This document shows positions 52,601 through 64,000 of a stretch of 64,000 bases of DNA, piece by piece. A program made the position numbers and the translations under genes. The stretch lies in the NCBI GenBank assembly GCA_951406725.2, contig OX597821.1, forward strand, positions 113,956,001 to 114,020,000, written 5' to 3'. The notes under the pieces are model-generated. The model was not told where the DNA came from, ran no database searches, and worked only from the letters and a program-made list of their open reading frames with translations. How positions within the stretch are numbered: position 1 is the stretch's first letter; every line of letters begins with the position of its first letter. Source of the stretch: Octopus vulgaris. Its lineage: Eukaryota.

Positions 52601-53059
52601 ATCAAAAACGAGGTGGCCACGGTTGGAATGTCTCTGAGTAGATGTGGAGTTAAACAACGACAGAATGAGAGAGAGAAAGAGAGAGAGAGAAACAGACAGA
52701 GGTGCTTGAAATAGCAGCTAAATCTCCATCAAATCATATCCAATCGTTTTTGTTTTTCTTACTTTAAGGATTTGATAATTGGTCAGCAGGAGAGGGTTGT
52801 GCCCATGGCCCTTACACACCAACTGTCGTCTTGGACATATAATGACTTAGAAACAAGTCGTGATGGGCATGACGAAAGCGCCTTTAATTACAGATGTGCA
52901 CAGCCAGAACAGACAAGAAACAACTACAAAAGGGCAACCTTAATTCTTCCGCCAAATCCTCATTCACTGCGTAACTATTGGACACACACACTGTATATAT
53001 ATGTCAACTGGTTATACATATATTTCCTGTCATTCATTCATCATATACTCACTCATTAA

Positions 53060-53450
53060 TATTGATTTCAAATCTTGGCACAAGGCTAGCAATTTCGACG
53101 GAGTGGGGTAAGTCAATTACAATGGTCGACTGATTCCTATTTTATCGACCCCGAAAGGATGAAAAACAAGTTGAACTCAGCAGAATTTGAATTCAAAACG
53201 TGAAGACGGACGAAATACCTATTTCTTTACTACCCACAAGGGGCTACACACAGAGGGGACAAACAAGGACAGACAAACGGATTAAGTCGATTATATCGAC
53301 CACTGTGCGTAACTGGTACTTATTTAATCGACCCCGAAAGGATGAAAGGCAAAGTCGACCTCGGCGGAATTTGAACTCAGAACGCAACGGCAGACGACAT
53401 ATCGCTAAGCATTTCGCCCGGCGTGCTAACGATTATGCCAGCTCGCTGCC

Positions 53451-53531
<81 letters not shown>

Positions 53532-53710
53532 TTTGTTTCTTTATTGCCCACAGGGGACTAAACATAGAGGGGACAAACAAGGACAGCCAGTGCGTAACTG
53601 GTACTTATTTAATCGACCCCCGAACGGCAGCTTCGGCGGAATTTGAACTCAGACGAAATACTGCTCAGCATTTCGCCCGGCGCGCTAACGATTCTGCCAG
53701 CTCGCCGTCT
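53060..53710 (-). mobile_element. SINE-B cluster: old copy, young Tx1-tailed copy (53219-53452), (TAA)n, deleted copy
   Basis: The minus-strand junction AAAGAAATAG|GTATTTCGTC at 53219/53218 is identical to the junction at 31620/31621. Confidence 0.88.
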
Positions 53711-54166
53711 TATTACCAACTTGATTAATGAATGAACATATGGAGATAGCCGCGTAGTTAAATCTGTTGTGTTTGACGGCAATACTTTCTTTTTATAGGC
53801 ATCCATTGTGAGCAAACATGATTATCGTTTACTATACATACATTCTTTTATACTGACATGTGTACAGTCTTTCGTCTACAGTTGTGTATAAGGACGATAT
53901 GTTGTGTAATGAGAGTAATACTGATGAGAGGGGGGAGAGAGAGAGAGAGAAAGACTAAGAGAAGAATAAAGGGAGAGTGAGGGCGAGAGAGAAAGAGTGG
54001 GGGGGGGGGGGGAAAGAAAGAGAGAGAGAGAGAGAAACAGAAACAAACAAATCAGTTACCGAGAAACATTTCACGCACGCACACGCACACACACGCGCAT
54101 GTAAATATACAAATACACACAGACATAGATGTGTGTGTGTGTGTGCGTATGTGTGTGTGTGTGTGG

Positions 54167-54197
<31 letters not shown>

Positions 54198-54253
54198 TGT
54201 ATGTGTGTGTGTGTGCGTGAGTGCGTGTGGGTGTGTGCGTGTGTTTTGTGTGT

Positions 54254-54352
<99 letters not shown>

Positions 54353-54474
54353 AGTGTGTGTGGGTGTATACGTGTGAATTTCTAAAGGGAAATGTGGCCC
54401 AGCGTAGTGACAGAGGAATTTACGGGATTAAACGCATCTATTTATGTATGCACAGACACACAGACACACACACA

Positions 54475-54516
<42 letters not shown>

Positions 54517-54616
54517 AGCATGCACATAAAGCTAAGTGTTTATATATATATATATATACACACACACATGTTCATATATATATGTACGTATGTATGTATG
54601 AAAAGTTGTATGTGTG

Positions 54617-54677
<61 letters not shown>

Positions 54678-55088
54678 TAGGGTTCAGCAAAGATTTGCTT
54701 TACCACATACCGAAATTTAGAAATAGCAGCCAAAGAACCTTAGCTATTTCCTCTACTTTAAGAAGAGACTCCCGGACAAAAACATTACCGAGAAATGGTC
54801 CTTTTTCATGCCGAATTCTACTCGCTGAAATTATTGATTACTAGTTAATTAGTTAATTTTACCCTTTGTTATTATATATACATGTGTGTCTTTGTGTTTG
54901 CGTTCGTCCCCCATCACTGTTTATAACCGTTGTTGGTTTACTTAGGAATATTAGCTCTTCAGCAAAAGCGACCGAAAGAAGAAGAACCACGCTTAAGAAA
55001 AAATAAACATTGGGGATAATTCATTCGATTAAAACCTATGAAGGCAGTGCCCCAGCATGGCCGCACTCTAATGAATGAAGCATGTAAA

Positions 55089-55140
<52 letters not shown>

Positions 55141-55873
55141 AATACGCTTACGTACAGGTATATTTGCCCCTTGAATGAACAGCATTGTGATACTACCTTC
55201 CATTCTCTCCTATCAGCTGATATGTTCTGTTATCTAATATAATCAGCTGAAAAACTAGGATTTTGATTTTAAAACTTCGCAAGCTTTTTGCTGATTTCAC
55301 CGGCGGCAGACGACTGGATTAGTTCTCACATCTCACAGAGCTGAAAGACATGGTGTTGGGCCGCGCTTTCGACGATGTAACCTCTCATCAATCCAAAGCT
55401 TTGACTGGTTCTTCTCTACTTGCGGACCCAGAAGGAATGAAAAGCAATGATGACCTGGGCTAGATTTGAATTCGGGACGCAGAATAGTCGGAAGAAATAC
55501 AGTAAACCAAACATTCTTTACGACACTTAACTGTTCTGACATTTACACACACACACACACACATCTGTATGTATGTATGTATGTATGTATGTATGTATGT
55601 ATGTATGTATGTATGTATGTATGTATGTATGTTTGTATGCATATGTGCACTCACTTACATGCACCTGCAAATCCGAAAGTGTATCGGGAAAAGCAAAAGA
55701 ATTTTTGTGAGGGAAAAGAAGTGGTTGAGAGAGTAGAAAAGGAAGGAAGCTTGAGTGTGTGAAAGCGCGTGTGTTTATGTGGCCGCAAATGTGTGTATGC
55801 GTTGTAAGTGTATATTTGAACGCTTGTTAACGCCTGTGTGTGCGTGTGTGAATGTTTGTTTATGTGTGTGACT

Positions 55874-55915
<42 letters not shown>

Positions 55916-56811
55916 AATTGAGAAGAACCTCATAATTCGTGAAAGAAAGAGAGAGAAAGAATTGACGAAAGAAAGACAAGGAAAGACAGAATTTGTGAAA
56001 GACAGAGAGAATAAGTGTCAGAAAGAGAGAGGGAGAAAGAATTAGCGAAAGAAACGGAGAACGGATGAAAGAATTAGTGAAGGAAAGATAGTGAGAGAAT
56101 CAGTGAAAGAGAAAGAGGAAGAAAGTACGTGTGGTTATATTTTGTCAACAACTGGATGAAGCAGACGACTGCAATACGATATGGTGGACAGTGACAATTT
56201 CTTTAATTGAAATAAATGGTTTTATGAAAACTAAACATCAACTAAAACATATGGTGAAGTTTAATCCGTAAAATTTGATGAAAATATTTACAAAAATATG
56301 TGATACTTTAAATGATAGAAATTATTTGTGCTATCGAAGCGTAAGACCAATTATTATAGGGAAAGCTGTATAGACTACAGAATATATATCTATACTTTCC
56401 GGTGTCCGTAAATGGATGAAAAGGACGATTGACTCTTGTCCGGATTTGAATTCCGAGTGTTGGGACCGATGTATAGAATAAGCATTGATTTATTTGCCTT
56501 CTGGACACATAAAAACAAACATTATAATAGGAATGTATTTTCTTATCTTTATACAATGCATAACTATACAAACAGTACATAAATGTACACACATTTTATA
56601 TAAATATTTCTGTAGTTATGTAAAGAGCACGTTTGTGAGATGTCCGTATAGAATGTATGAATATTATTTTAAAGTATTTAGAATAATCATAATGTAAATA
56701 GCTGCAGTAAAGTAAAATGACTTCGAAAGTCGACGAAAGGATCATGCAAAAGTCTAACTCAATTGCATTAGGTTAAAGAATAAATTGAAGAATTTGGTAA
56801 ATGAAACTCAC

Positions 56812-56827
56812 CTTTAGAAAGGCCCAT
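56812..56827 (-). CDS. Candidate first coding exon (MGLSK + 1 nt) of an unidentified host gene
   Basis: Minus strand AACCAAAATGGGCCTTTCTAAAG|GTGAGTTT: strong start context plus a consensus donor AAG|GTGAGT, phase 1. It lies in a SINE-free unique stretch. Confidence 0.45.
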
Positions 56828-57600
56828 TTTGGTTAATTATTTTTAGTAGGATTTTTAGAAGTTATTTCCGTAAAATTGTACAATTATACACTCCGCTTAG
56901 CATCCGAGTACATATTTATGGCTGTCGTTTAGATGTTACTTTTTTAAATTATTTAAGCTTCGGCCACATTCTCAAGTCAACGGATTTTAGATAAATATAT
57001 AAGAAGTAAAAAATATTTGCTTTTTATAAAATTTTATTAATTTTTTTTTATTTTGTTATTTTTTACTTTTTGATTTGGTTTTTTGATTTTGTGTTTTGTA
57101 TTTTTTTTTTTGTAAATAAATAAATAATTTTCTTCTAAGATCACAATGTTTCCTTGCCTGTCTTAATTTTTTTTTTTTTTTCCTCCTTCACCACTTGTAG
57201 CTTCTTCTTCTTCAAGCAATCATCGGCAACTTGTTTGTTATGGACGTAGAGTCATGTTGTCACATTTATTTATTATAGTTTTTACACATTTCGGCGTGTC
57301 TCTACCATTTACAGAATGCATGCAATATGTGTGTAGTTGCATCAGCAGCAGCAGCAGCAGCAGCGATTCTTTTAATTTCTACAAAAAAAAGATTCAATGA
57401 TATCGAGCTATTTAGCTTTCGCTGCTCTTCTACTTAAACATCTTTCTTTCTATCTCTCTCTCTCTCTCTTTCTCTCTATCGTCTGCCTTTATATCGTCGC
57501 TTGATGTTTTAACTTGGCGGCAGGGCAGGCTGCATGCAATTGGTGAAGGCGACGGAGGAGCAGCAGGCGAGGAGTTTTAACACCACCTCAACCACTACTT
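56828..57600 (-). promoter_or_regulatory. Putative long 5'UTR/promoter region of that gene
   Basis: About 770 bp free of SINEs, A-rich on the minus strand, with a (CAG)n/(CTG)n tract at 57343-57364 and a GC-richer block at 57510-57575. A long CT-rich tract lies further upstream. Confidence 0.35.
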
Positions 57601-57932
57601 CTCCCTTACTTTCCCTTCTTTACTCTCACCCTTTCTTTACACTCCCCCCACTCTCTCTCTGTCTCTCTGTCATTTTCTCTTTCTCTTATTCTCTATACTA
57701 TACCTTCCTCCTACCCCCACCAGATTCTTCCTGCTCTTCCTTCTCCTCTTCCTCCTCCTTCCTCACCTCCTCCTCCTCCACCACGTCCTGTATCTGTCTC
57801 TGTCTCTTTTCTGTCCCACCCTTTCTCTCTACTGCTGTCGTTTTTTCTTTATTACCTTCTCTTCCCACACCTCTTTCATCCATTTCTCTACATTTTCTTG
57901 TCTTTTTTATTTTGTCCTCTCACCCCATAACA

Positions 57933-58005
<73 letters not shown>

Positions 58006-58006
58006 G

Positions 58007-58065
<59 letters not shown>

Positions 58066-58264
58066 ATCTATTTCTCTATCTACTTCTTCCTCTCTTTCCC
58101 GCCTCACTGTTTTCCCCTCTCTTTATTCTCCTATCCCACCTTTTAACATTACTACTTCACCCCCTCCCAATCATTCTTCCCTCCCGTTCCCTCTGCTCTA
58201 TCTCACAAACCGTACTTCATCTTTCGCTGCCCACTCAACTTCAAACTTTATTCCCCCTCTCACT

Positions 58265-58303
<39 letters not shown>

Positions 58304-58732
58304 GCTCTCTTTCTCTCTCACAATCCTAGATACGTTTGAAGTTGTCAGCAGACTGGTTTGTATGTAAGGGCGTGAAAGTGTCTACAGACACATCATATTG
58401 AACGATGAGAGACTATGGAAATTTTACGTGAGAGAAACTTTCACAGGAAGAGAAAGAAAGTGTGAATCAAAACGAGAAAAGTGTGAGAGGGAGAGAAGAG
58501 AGAGAGAGAGAGGAGAGAGGAGTGAGAGGAAGAGAGAAAGAGTCAAAGGAAACAAGAGAGAGGAAAAGAGAGATTTACAGAAAGATGCAAGCAAAATGCG
58601 GTGGTTAACGTAGGTAAGATGAAGGGTTGAGAAATAATCGTACACATGCATATAATCACACATTCTGACATATACAGTAGCATCTACACCGTTATACATA
58701 TGCGTACATGTGTGTGTGTGCATGTGAGTGTG

Positions 58733-58773
<41 letters not shown>

Positions 58774-59376
58774 GTGTGTGTGTGTGTGTAGGTGCATATA
58801 TAAACATCATTCCGGGTAGCGTGTGTTGGTATGCGTTAGCAAAGGCGCGCACGCGTTGGTATGCATGTGAGATCGTCTGTAAAAAGGGTGGAGATAAAGT
58901 GAATGAGGAAACAGTATGTGTACGCCTATGTATATATGTATATATGTATATGTATAAATATATATATATATATATATATGTACGCACTTGTGTGTATAGA
59001 ATATGTGCGTGTATTTATATATATATATATATACATACACGCACATATATTATACATACACGTGCGTACATATGTATATACACGTGCGTACATATGTATA
59101 TACATGCGCATGTATGTATGTATGTATGTATGTATGTATGTATGTATGTATGTATGTATGTATGTGTGTGTATGTATATATGCGTGTATGTATGTATGTG
59201 TGTGTGTGTTTGTATGTATGCCATACGAGTTTGGCACACTCCGCACAACTCCACGTCAGACACCGGTAACTGTTGGTTGCGGCATTCATTGATGAAGTTC
59301 AATCTAAGAACGAGAGGAAGAAAACAATTTCTTTTTGCTTTCTTTGTAAGATACAAACTTTAAATATATTCGCGCC

Positions 59377-59439
<63 letters not shown>

Positions 59440-59610
59440 AAACTTTAAATATATTCGCGCCATCTATCTATCGATCGATCGATCTATCTAAATAAATAAA
59501 CAAGAACCTATCTACCGATTTAACTATTAATCTATCAGCCTATCAAGCTATTTATCTACCTATCTAACCTATCTATTTATCCGCCAATACATCTACTTAA
59601 CTCTTTATGC

Positions 59611-59691
<81 letters not shown>

Positions 59692-59692
59692 G

Positions 59693-59751
<59 letters not shown>

Positions 59752-59977
59752 GAGCTGGCAGAACCGTTAGCACGCCGAGCGAAATGCATAGCCGTAGTTC
59801 GTCTGCCATTACGTTCTGAGTTCAAATTCCGCCGAGATCGACTTTGCCTTTCATCTTTTCGGGGTCGATAAATTAAGTACCAGTTACGCACTGGGGTCGA
59901 TATAATCGACTTAATTCGTTTGTCTGCCCTTGTTTGTCCCCTCTATGTTTAGGCCCTTGCAGGTAATAAGGAAACAT
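59752..59977 (+). mobile_element. SINE-B, Tx1-like tail, inserted in (TCTA)n
   Basis: GAGCTGGCAGAACCGTTAGC...TTTGTCCCCTCTATGTTTAG...TAATAAGGAAAC, with TCTA repeats on both sides. Confidence 0.88.
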
Positions 59978-60288
59978 ATCTATCTATCTATCTATCTGTC
60001 CGTCTATGTGCATGTTTGTCTATTTATATAGCCATTATGCTACCGAATGTATTTGCATTCTGATATATACGCGTGTATGTTGTTATAACCGTGTGCGAAT
60101 GAAGCATACCCATTGATATAAACACATACACACACACACACATATATTATATTCGTGCTTCTGTGTTTGTATGCGTGTGTGTGCACGCATGTGTAATTTC
60201 TCCCCGCTGTCACTCAAACCCCGTTCTCTGTATGTGGGTATGCGTATCATGCTTCAATATGATTGTGTGTGCGTGATGCGTGTGTGTT

Positions 60289-60335
<47 letters not shown>

Positions 60336-60898
60336 TTCTGTGATTCCTGTGAGTGTGTTTGGTTATCTAACAAGTAGCGTGTGTTGCAAAAGATGTGTGT
60401 CTATCAGCAGAGCGAATGTCGGCTGCTTACAGATCGTACACGTGTTTTTAAAACAGTGATACACAGTTATTTAATACCAGAAATGATATTCTTAAGTGAC
60501 TTTTTTCTGCCTTCTCCTGGGGAGTAAATGTAACTGAAGATATTTGGAGGAGGGATAAAGAACTTTGAGCGACCGACATGAACTCGAATTGCCCCTACCG
60601 GAAATCACAGTCTTCATACATGTTCCGATTCTCAGGAACTTGCGATTTACTTCACTGCCATTGTTCTCTGTCTTGCAAAGCATACCTTGAACACTTCGAC
60701 CCACACGTTCTCTTTACTATTTCAACTTGCCGACAAGGATGAATAGGATGATAATGATGATGATGATGATGTGGGTGCGTAAGTACGTAATGTATGTATG
60801 TATGTATGTATGTATGTATGTATGTTTGTTTAAGTTTGTTTACGGGAAACGTTTTGAATATGCATATAAAAGCTCCTATTTAACTATGCCGGCTACAG

Positions 60899-61382
<484 letters not shown>

Positions 61383-61384
61383 TG

Positions 61385-61685
61385 ACCATGGGGATTGCAC
61401 CCACAAAGTTACCCTCCGAGGCACAAGTCCGGGCAAGGCTGTTTTCATGGAAGGCCAGCAGTCGCCCATGCATACCAGCCTCCCCTCTCCACGCCACCAG
61501 TGTTATCTAAGGGAAAGGCAGCAGCCGATACAGCTTGACACCAGTGACGTCGCAACTCATTTCTACAGCTGAGTTAACTGGAGCAACGTGAAATAAAGTG
61601 TCTTGCTCAAGAACACAACACGCAGCCCGGTCCGGGATTCAAACTCACAACCTCGCTCAACAAACCACTGATCCATGCGCCTTCA
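61385..61685 (-). mobile_element. tRNA-derived SINE (C-related head) with a distinct GC-rich tail
   Basis: Revcomp GAGTTTGAATCCCGGACCGGGCTGCGTGTTGTGTTCTTGAGCAAGACACTTTATTTCACGTTGCTCCAG. Confidence 0.75.
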
Positions 61686-61694
61686 CATACACAC

Positions 61695-61797
<103 letters not shown>

Positions 61798-62042
61798 TGG
61801 GTGTGTTTGATTGTGTATAGAAGAATATATTAATAAAAGGAATTCCAACCTTGTCTGATTTTCACGTTTTATTTACAATCTTATAATGATATATTATCAG
61901 ATAATATATCATAATTGAATAAAATAAAATGAAATAGTAGAATGTTAAATATTCATTCTGATTGAACTAGTACTTTCATGCATTGAATTCTGCAATCTTC
62001 GGGTTCATGTAGTAGTAGTGACAGTCATGCTTCACAATTTTT

Positions 62043-62115
<73 letters not shown>

Positions 62116-62579
62116 GAGTGAGGGGAGAAAAATTACAGACGGACAGAAAGACACTCAGACAGACAGATAGATCGTTCGGTAGGTAGGCAGGTAAGTAGGT
62201 GTTTGTTTATGCTGGATGAATGAGAGGAGAGTACTCAAAACAAACGAGGTTTCTTATTGAAACGGAAACAGAGTTTCACGAGACTGCGATCTTCAGACGG
62301 AAGTCGCCAGAACAACGCAGTAGCGTGAAAGTTGATTCCCGAGATAAACTGCTCATATGTTTTAATCATTTGACTGTGGCCATGCTGGAGCACCACCTTT
62401 AGTCGAACCCAGGACTTATTCTTTGTAAGCCTAATAGTTATGCTATCGGTGTTTGTGTCGATCCGCTAAGTTACGGGGACGTAAGCACACCAACATCGGT
62501 TGTCAAGCGATGGTGTGAGGATAAACACAGAAACACAAATACACACACACACACAAAATATATATATACGTATCTCTCG

Positions 62580-62635
<56 letters not shown>

Positions 62636-62821
62636 CCTCACTCCCCCTCTCCCTCCCCCTCTCTCTCTATCCTCCTTCCTCCTCTTCCTCCTCCCCCTCC
62701 CCCTCCTCTCTCTCCCACTCTCTCTCCCCTCCTCTCCTCCCCTCTTCTCCCCCTCCCCCTCTTCTCCTCTCTCCACACTACACCACACGACTTTACACAT
62801 CACATCATATATGATGTGCCA

Positions 62822-63042
62822 TACTAATACATACACCAACCCTATACATACACACGTCCAGACCTCTCATACGCACTAATACTCTCTCATACACACACAC
62901 ACACACCCTTATACATACTAATACGTACTAATACATACTAATACATACTAATACATACACTAACCCTATACATACACACGTCCAGACCTCTCATACTCAC
63001 AAATACTCTCTCATACACACACACACACACACACACCCTTAT
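62822..63042. repeat. Local ~90-bp direct duplication
   Basis: TACTAATACATACAC.AACCCTATACATACACACGTCCAGACCTCTCATAC...CACACCCTTAT occurs at ~62822-62911 and ~62946-63042. Confidence 0.85.
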
Positions 63043-63201
63043 GTTGGAGCGGGTCACTCAACCCTATTATCTCCCCTAATTTCGCTCTCGCGTCTCATGT
63101 TTGATCTTTGACTTCTGGCCGAAATCAGATCGCCAAGTTGGTTCGTTAGTTACTGCACGCATTTTTTTTCTCTCCTTTCTGTGTTTTTTTCTCTCTGTGT
63201 A

Positions 63202-63239
63202 TCTTTCTGTTGAAGAGCGTAGGCTCGAAACGTTAAAGA
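63202..63239 (+). ncRNA. Minimal type-I hammerhead-like motif of a Penelope-like element end (core variant)
   Basis: TCTTT-CTGTTGA-AGAGC GTAG GCTC-GAAACGTT-AAAGA: helix I TCTTT/AAAGA, helix II GAGC/GCTC, palindromic AACGTT. The core reads CUGUUGA instead of CUGANGA. Confidence 0.5.
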
Positions 63240-63459
63240 CTTGTTTTATTTATATTTCCTGAGCGCCATACTAATACAATTGTTTGTTTGTTTTCCACCT
63301 ACCTTCGTCTTTTGTCTATTTTCATAAAGCTTCCCGTTATATATATGTATACATTTATATATTTGTTGTGCAAGATTTTTTATGTGAAGTCGTGTGTTGA
63401 AACAGATATTGTCATATTTCGGAATGACCATTCCGAAATATAACAATATATATATATAT

Positions 63460-63600
63460 TTACGACAGGCTTCTTTCAGTTTCCGTCTACCAAATCCACT
63501 GACAAGGCTTTGGTCGAGACGAGGCTGTAGTAGAAGACACTTGCCCAAGGTGCCACGCAGTGGGACTGAACCCAGAACCATGTGGTTGGAAAGCAAGCTT
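63460..63600 (-). mobile_element. SINE-A 5' half, cut off in its head by the Tx1-like fragment
   Basis: High-identity core that stops at GGAAAGCAAGCTT. Confidence 0.85.
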
Positions 63601-63966
63601 CTTTATTTCATATAGATTTGCCATACAGGCATTACAGAGAGGGGACAAACAAGGTCAGACAAACATAAAGGGTGAAGAAGCTTTTACGTTTTAAAAAGTC
63701 AAATCAATCCAATGAAAAAATGAATCGATGAAATATGCCTTAAAAATTCTAAATTTCGAATAAGTCATTGTGTTTCGCAATGAGGAGCATTGAAAGAGAA
63801 GCACCCAACCATCTCGGTAGAACCTTTACTTTTTAACCCGACCTCACTTATCTGGTGCCAATCGCACCCAGCTTGCTCACCACAGGCTTCCATCTTTTCA
63901 CAAACATATCTCGTGACAGACATTTCTTCTCCAGCCTGATCTTACTACCGAGGTGGTAACTAAAAA
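63601..63966 (-). mobile_element. 3' fragment of a second Tx1/L1-like LINE family
   Basis: 63964->63848 translates FSYHLGSKIRLEKKCLSRDMFVKRWKPVVSKLGAIGTR*, which aligns with the 19.8-kb peptide (K.RLE.K.LS...F..RW). The 3'UTR ends GTTTGTCTGACCTTGTTTGTCCCCTCT...AAATAAAG. Confidence 0.72.
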
Positions 63967-64000
63967 TGCAAGCTGGCAGAAACGTTAACACGCCGGGCGA

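Noticed and set aside
57534-58367. 277-aa ORF, the longest in the window
   Set aside because: It is mostly a CT-rich tract and (TCTA)n, which lack stop codons by composition. No domain is recognisable.

Overview
This is AT-rich eukaryotic non-coding DNA, most likely an octopus (cephalopod) genome; that is an inference from the SINE families and the extreme microsatellite load. Almost every ORF in the six-frame track is an artefact of (TA)n, (TG)n, (TATG)n, (TCTA)n or (TAA)n microsatellites, or of SINE sequence. Real coding signal is limited to retrotransposon fragments. These are 5'-truncated RLE-type (R4/Dong-like) elements sitting in (TAA)n arrays, one with an intact 182-aa endonuclease ORF, two Tx1-like ORF2 C-termini, and a decayed RT. 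Two short candidate first coding exons of host genes lie on the minus strand (ATG at 56827 and 4048). Three tRNA-headed SINE families dominate the window (my labels: A, B, C), alongside Tc1/mariner and pogo MITEs, Helitron/Helentron elements and several Penelope-like fold-back hairpins. The most interesting signals are: (1) a 5S rRNA head fused to a SINE/LINE 3' tail (candidate SINE3); (2) a SINE-B subfamily whose 3' tail matches the Tx1-like LINE ends in this window and which repeatedly sits inside the head of older SINE-B copies, at the same junction in two loci; (3) TAA-targeting Dong-like elements stacked in one array; and (4) modular tail swapping among SINEs. I found no prokaryotic-type system such as CRISPR or an operon. 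Coordinates were read by eye and repeat boundaries are approximate.
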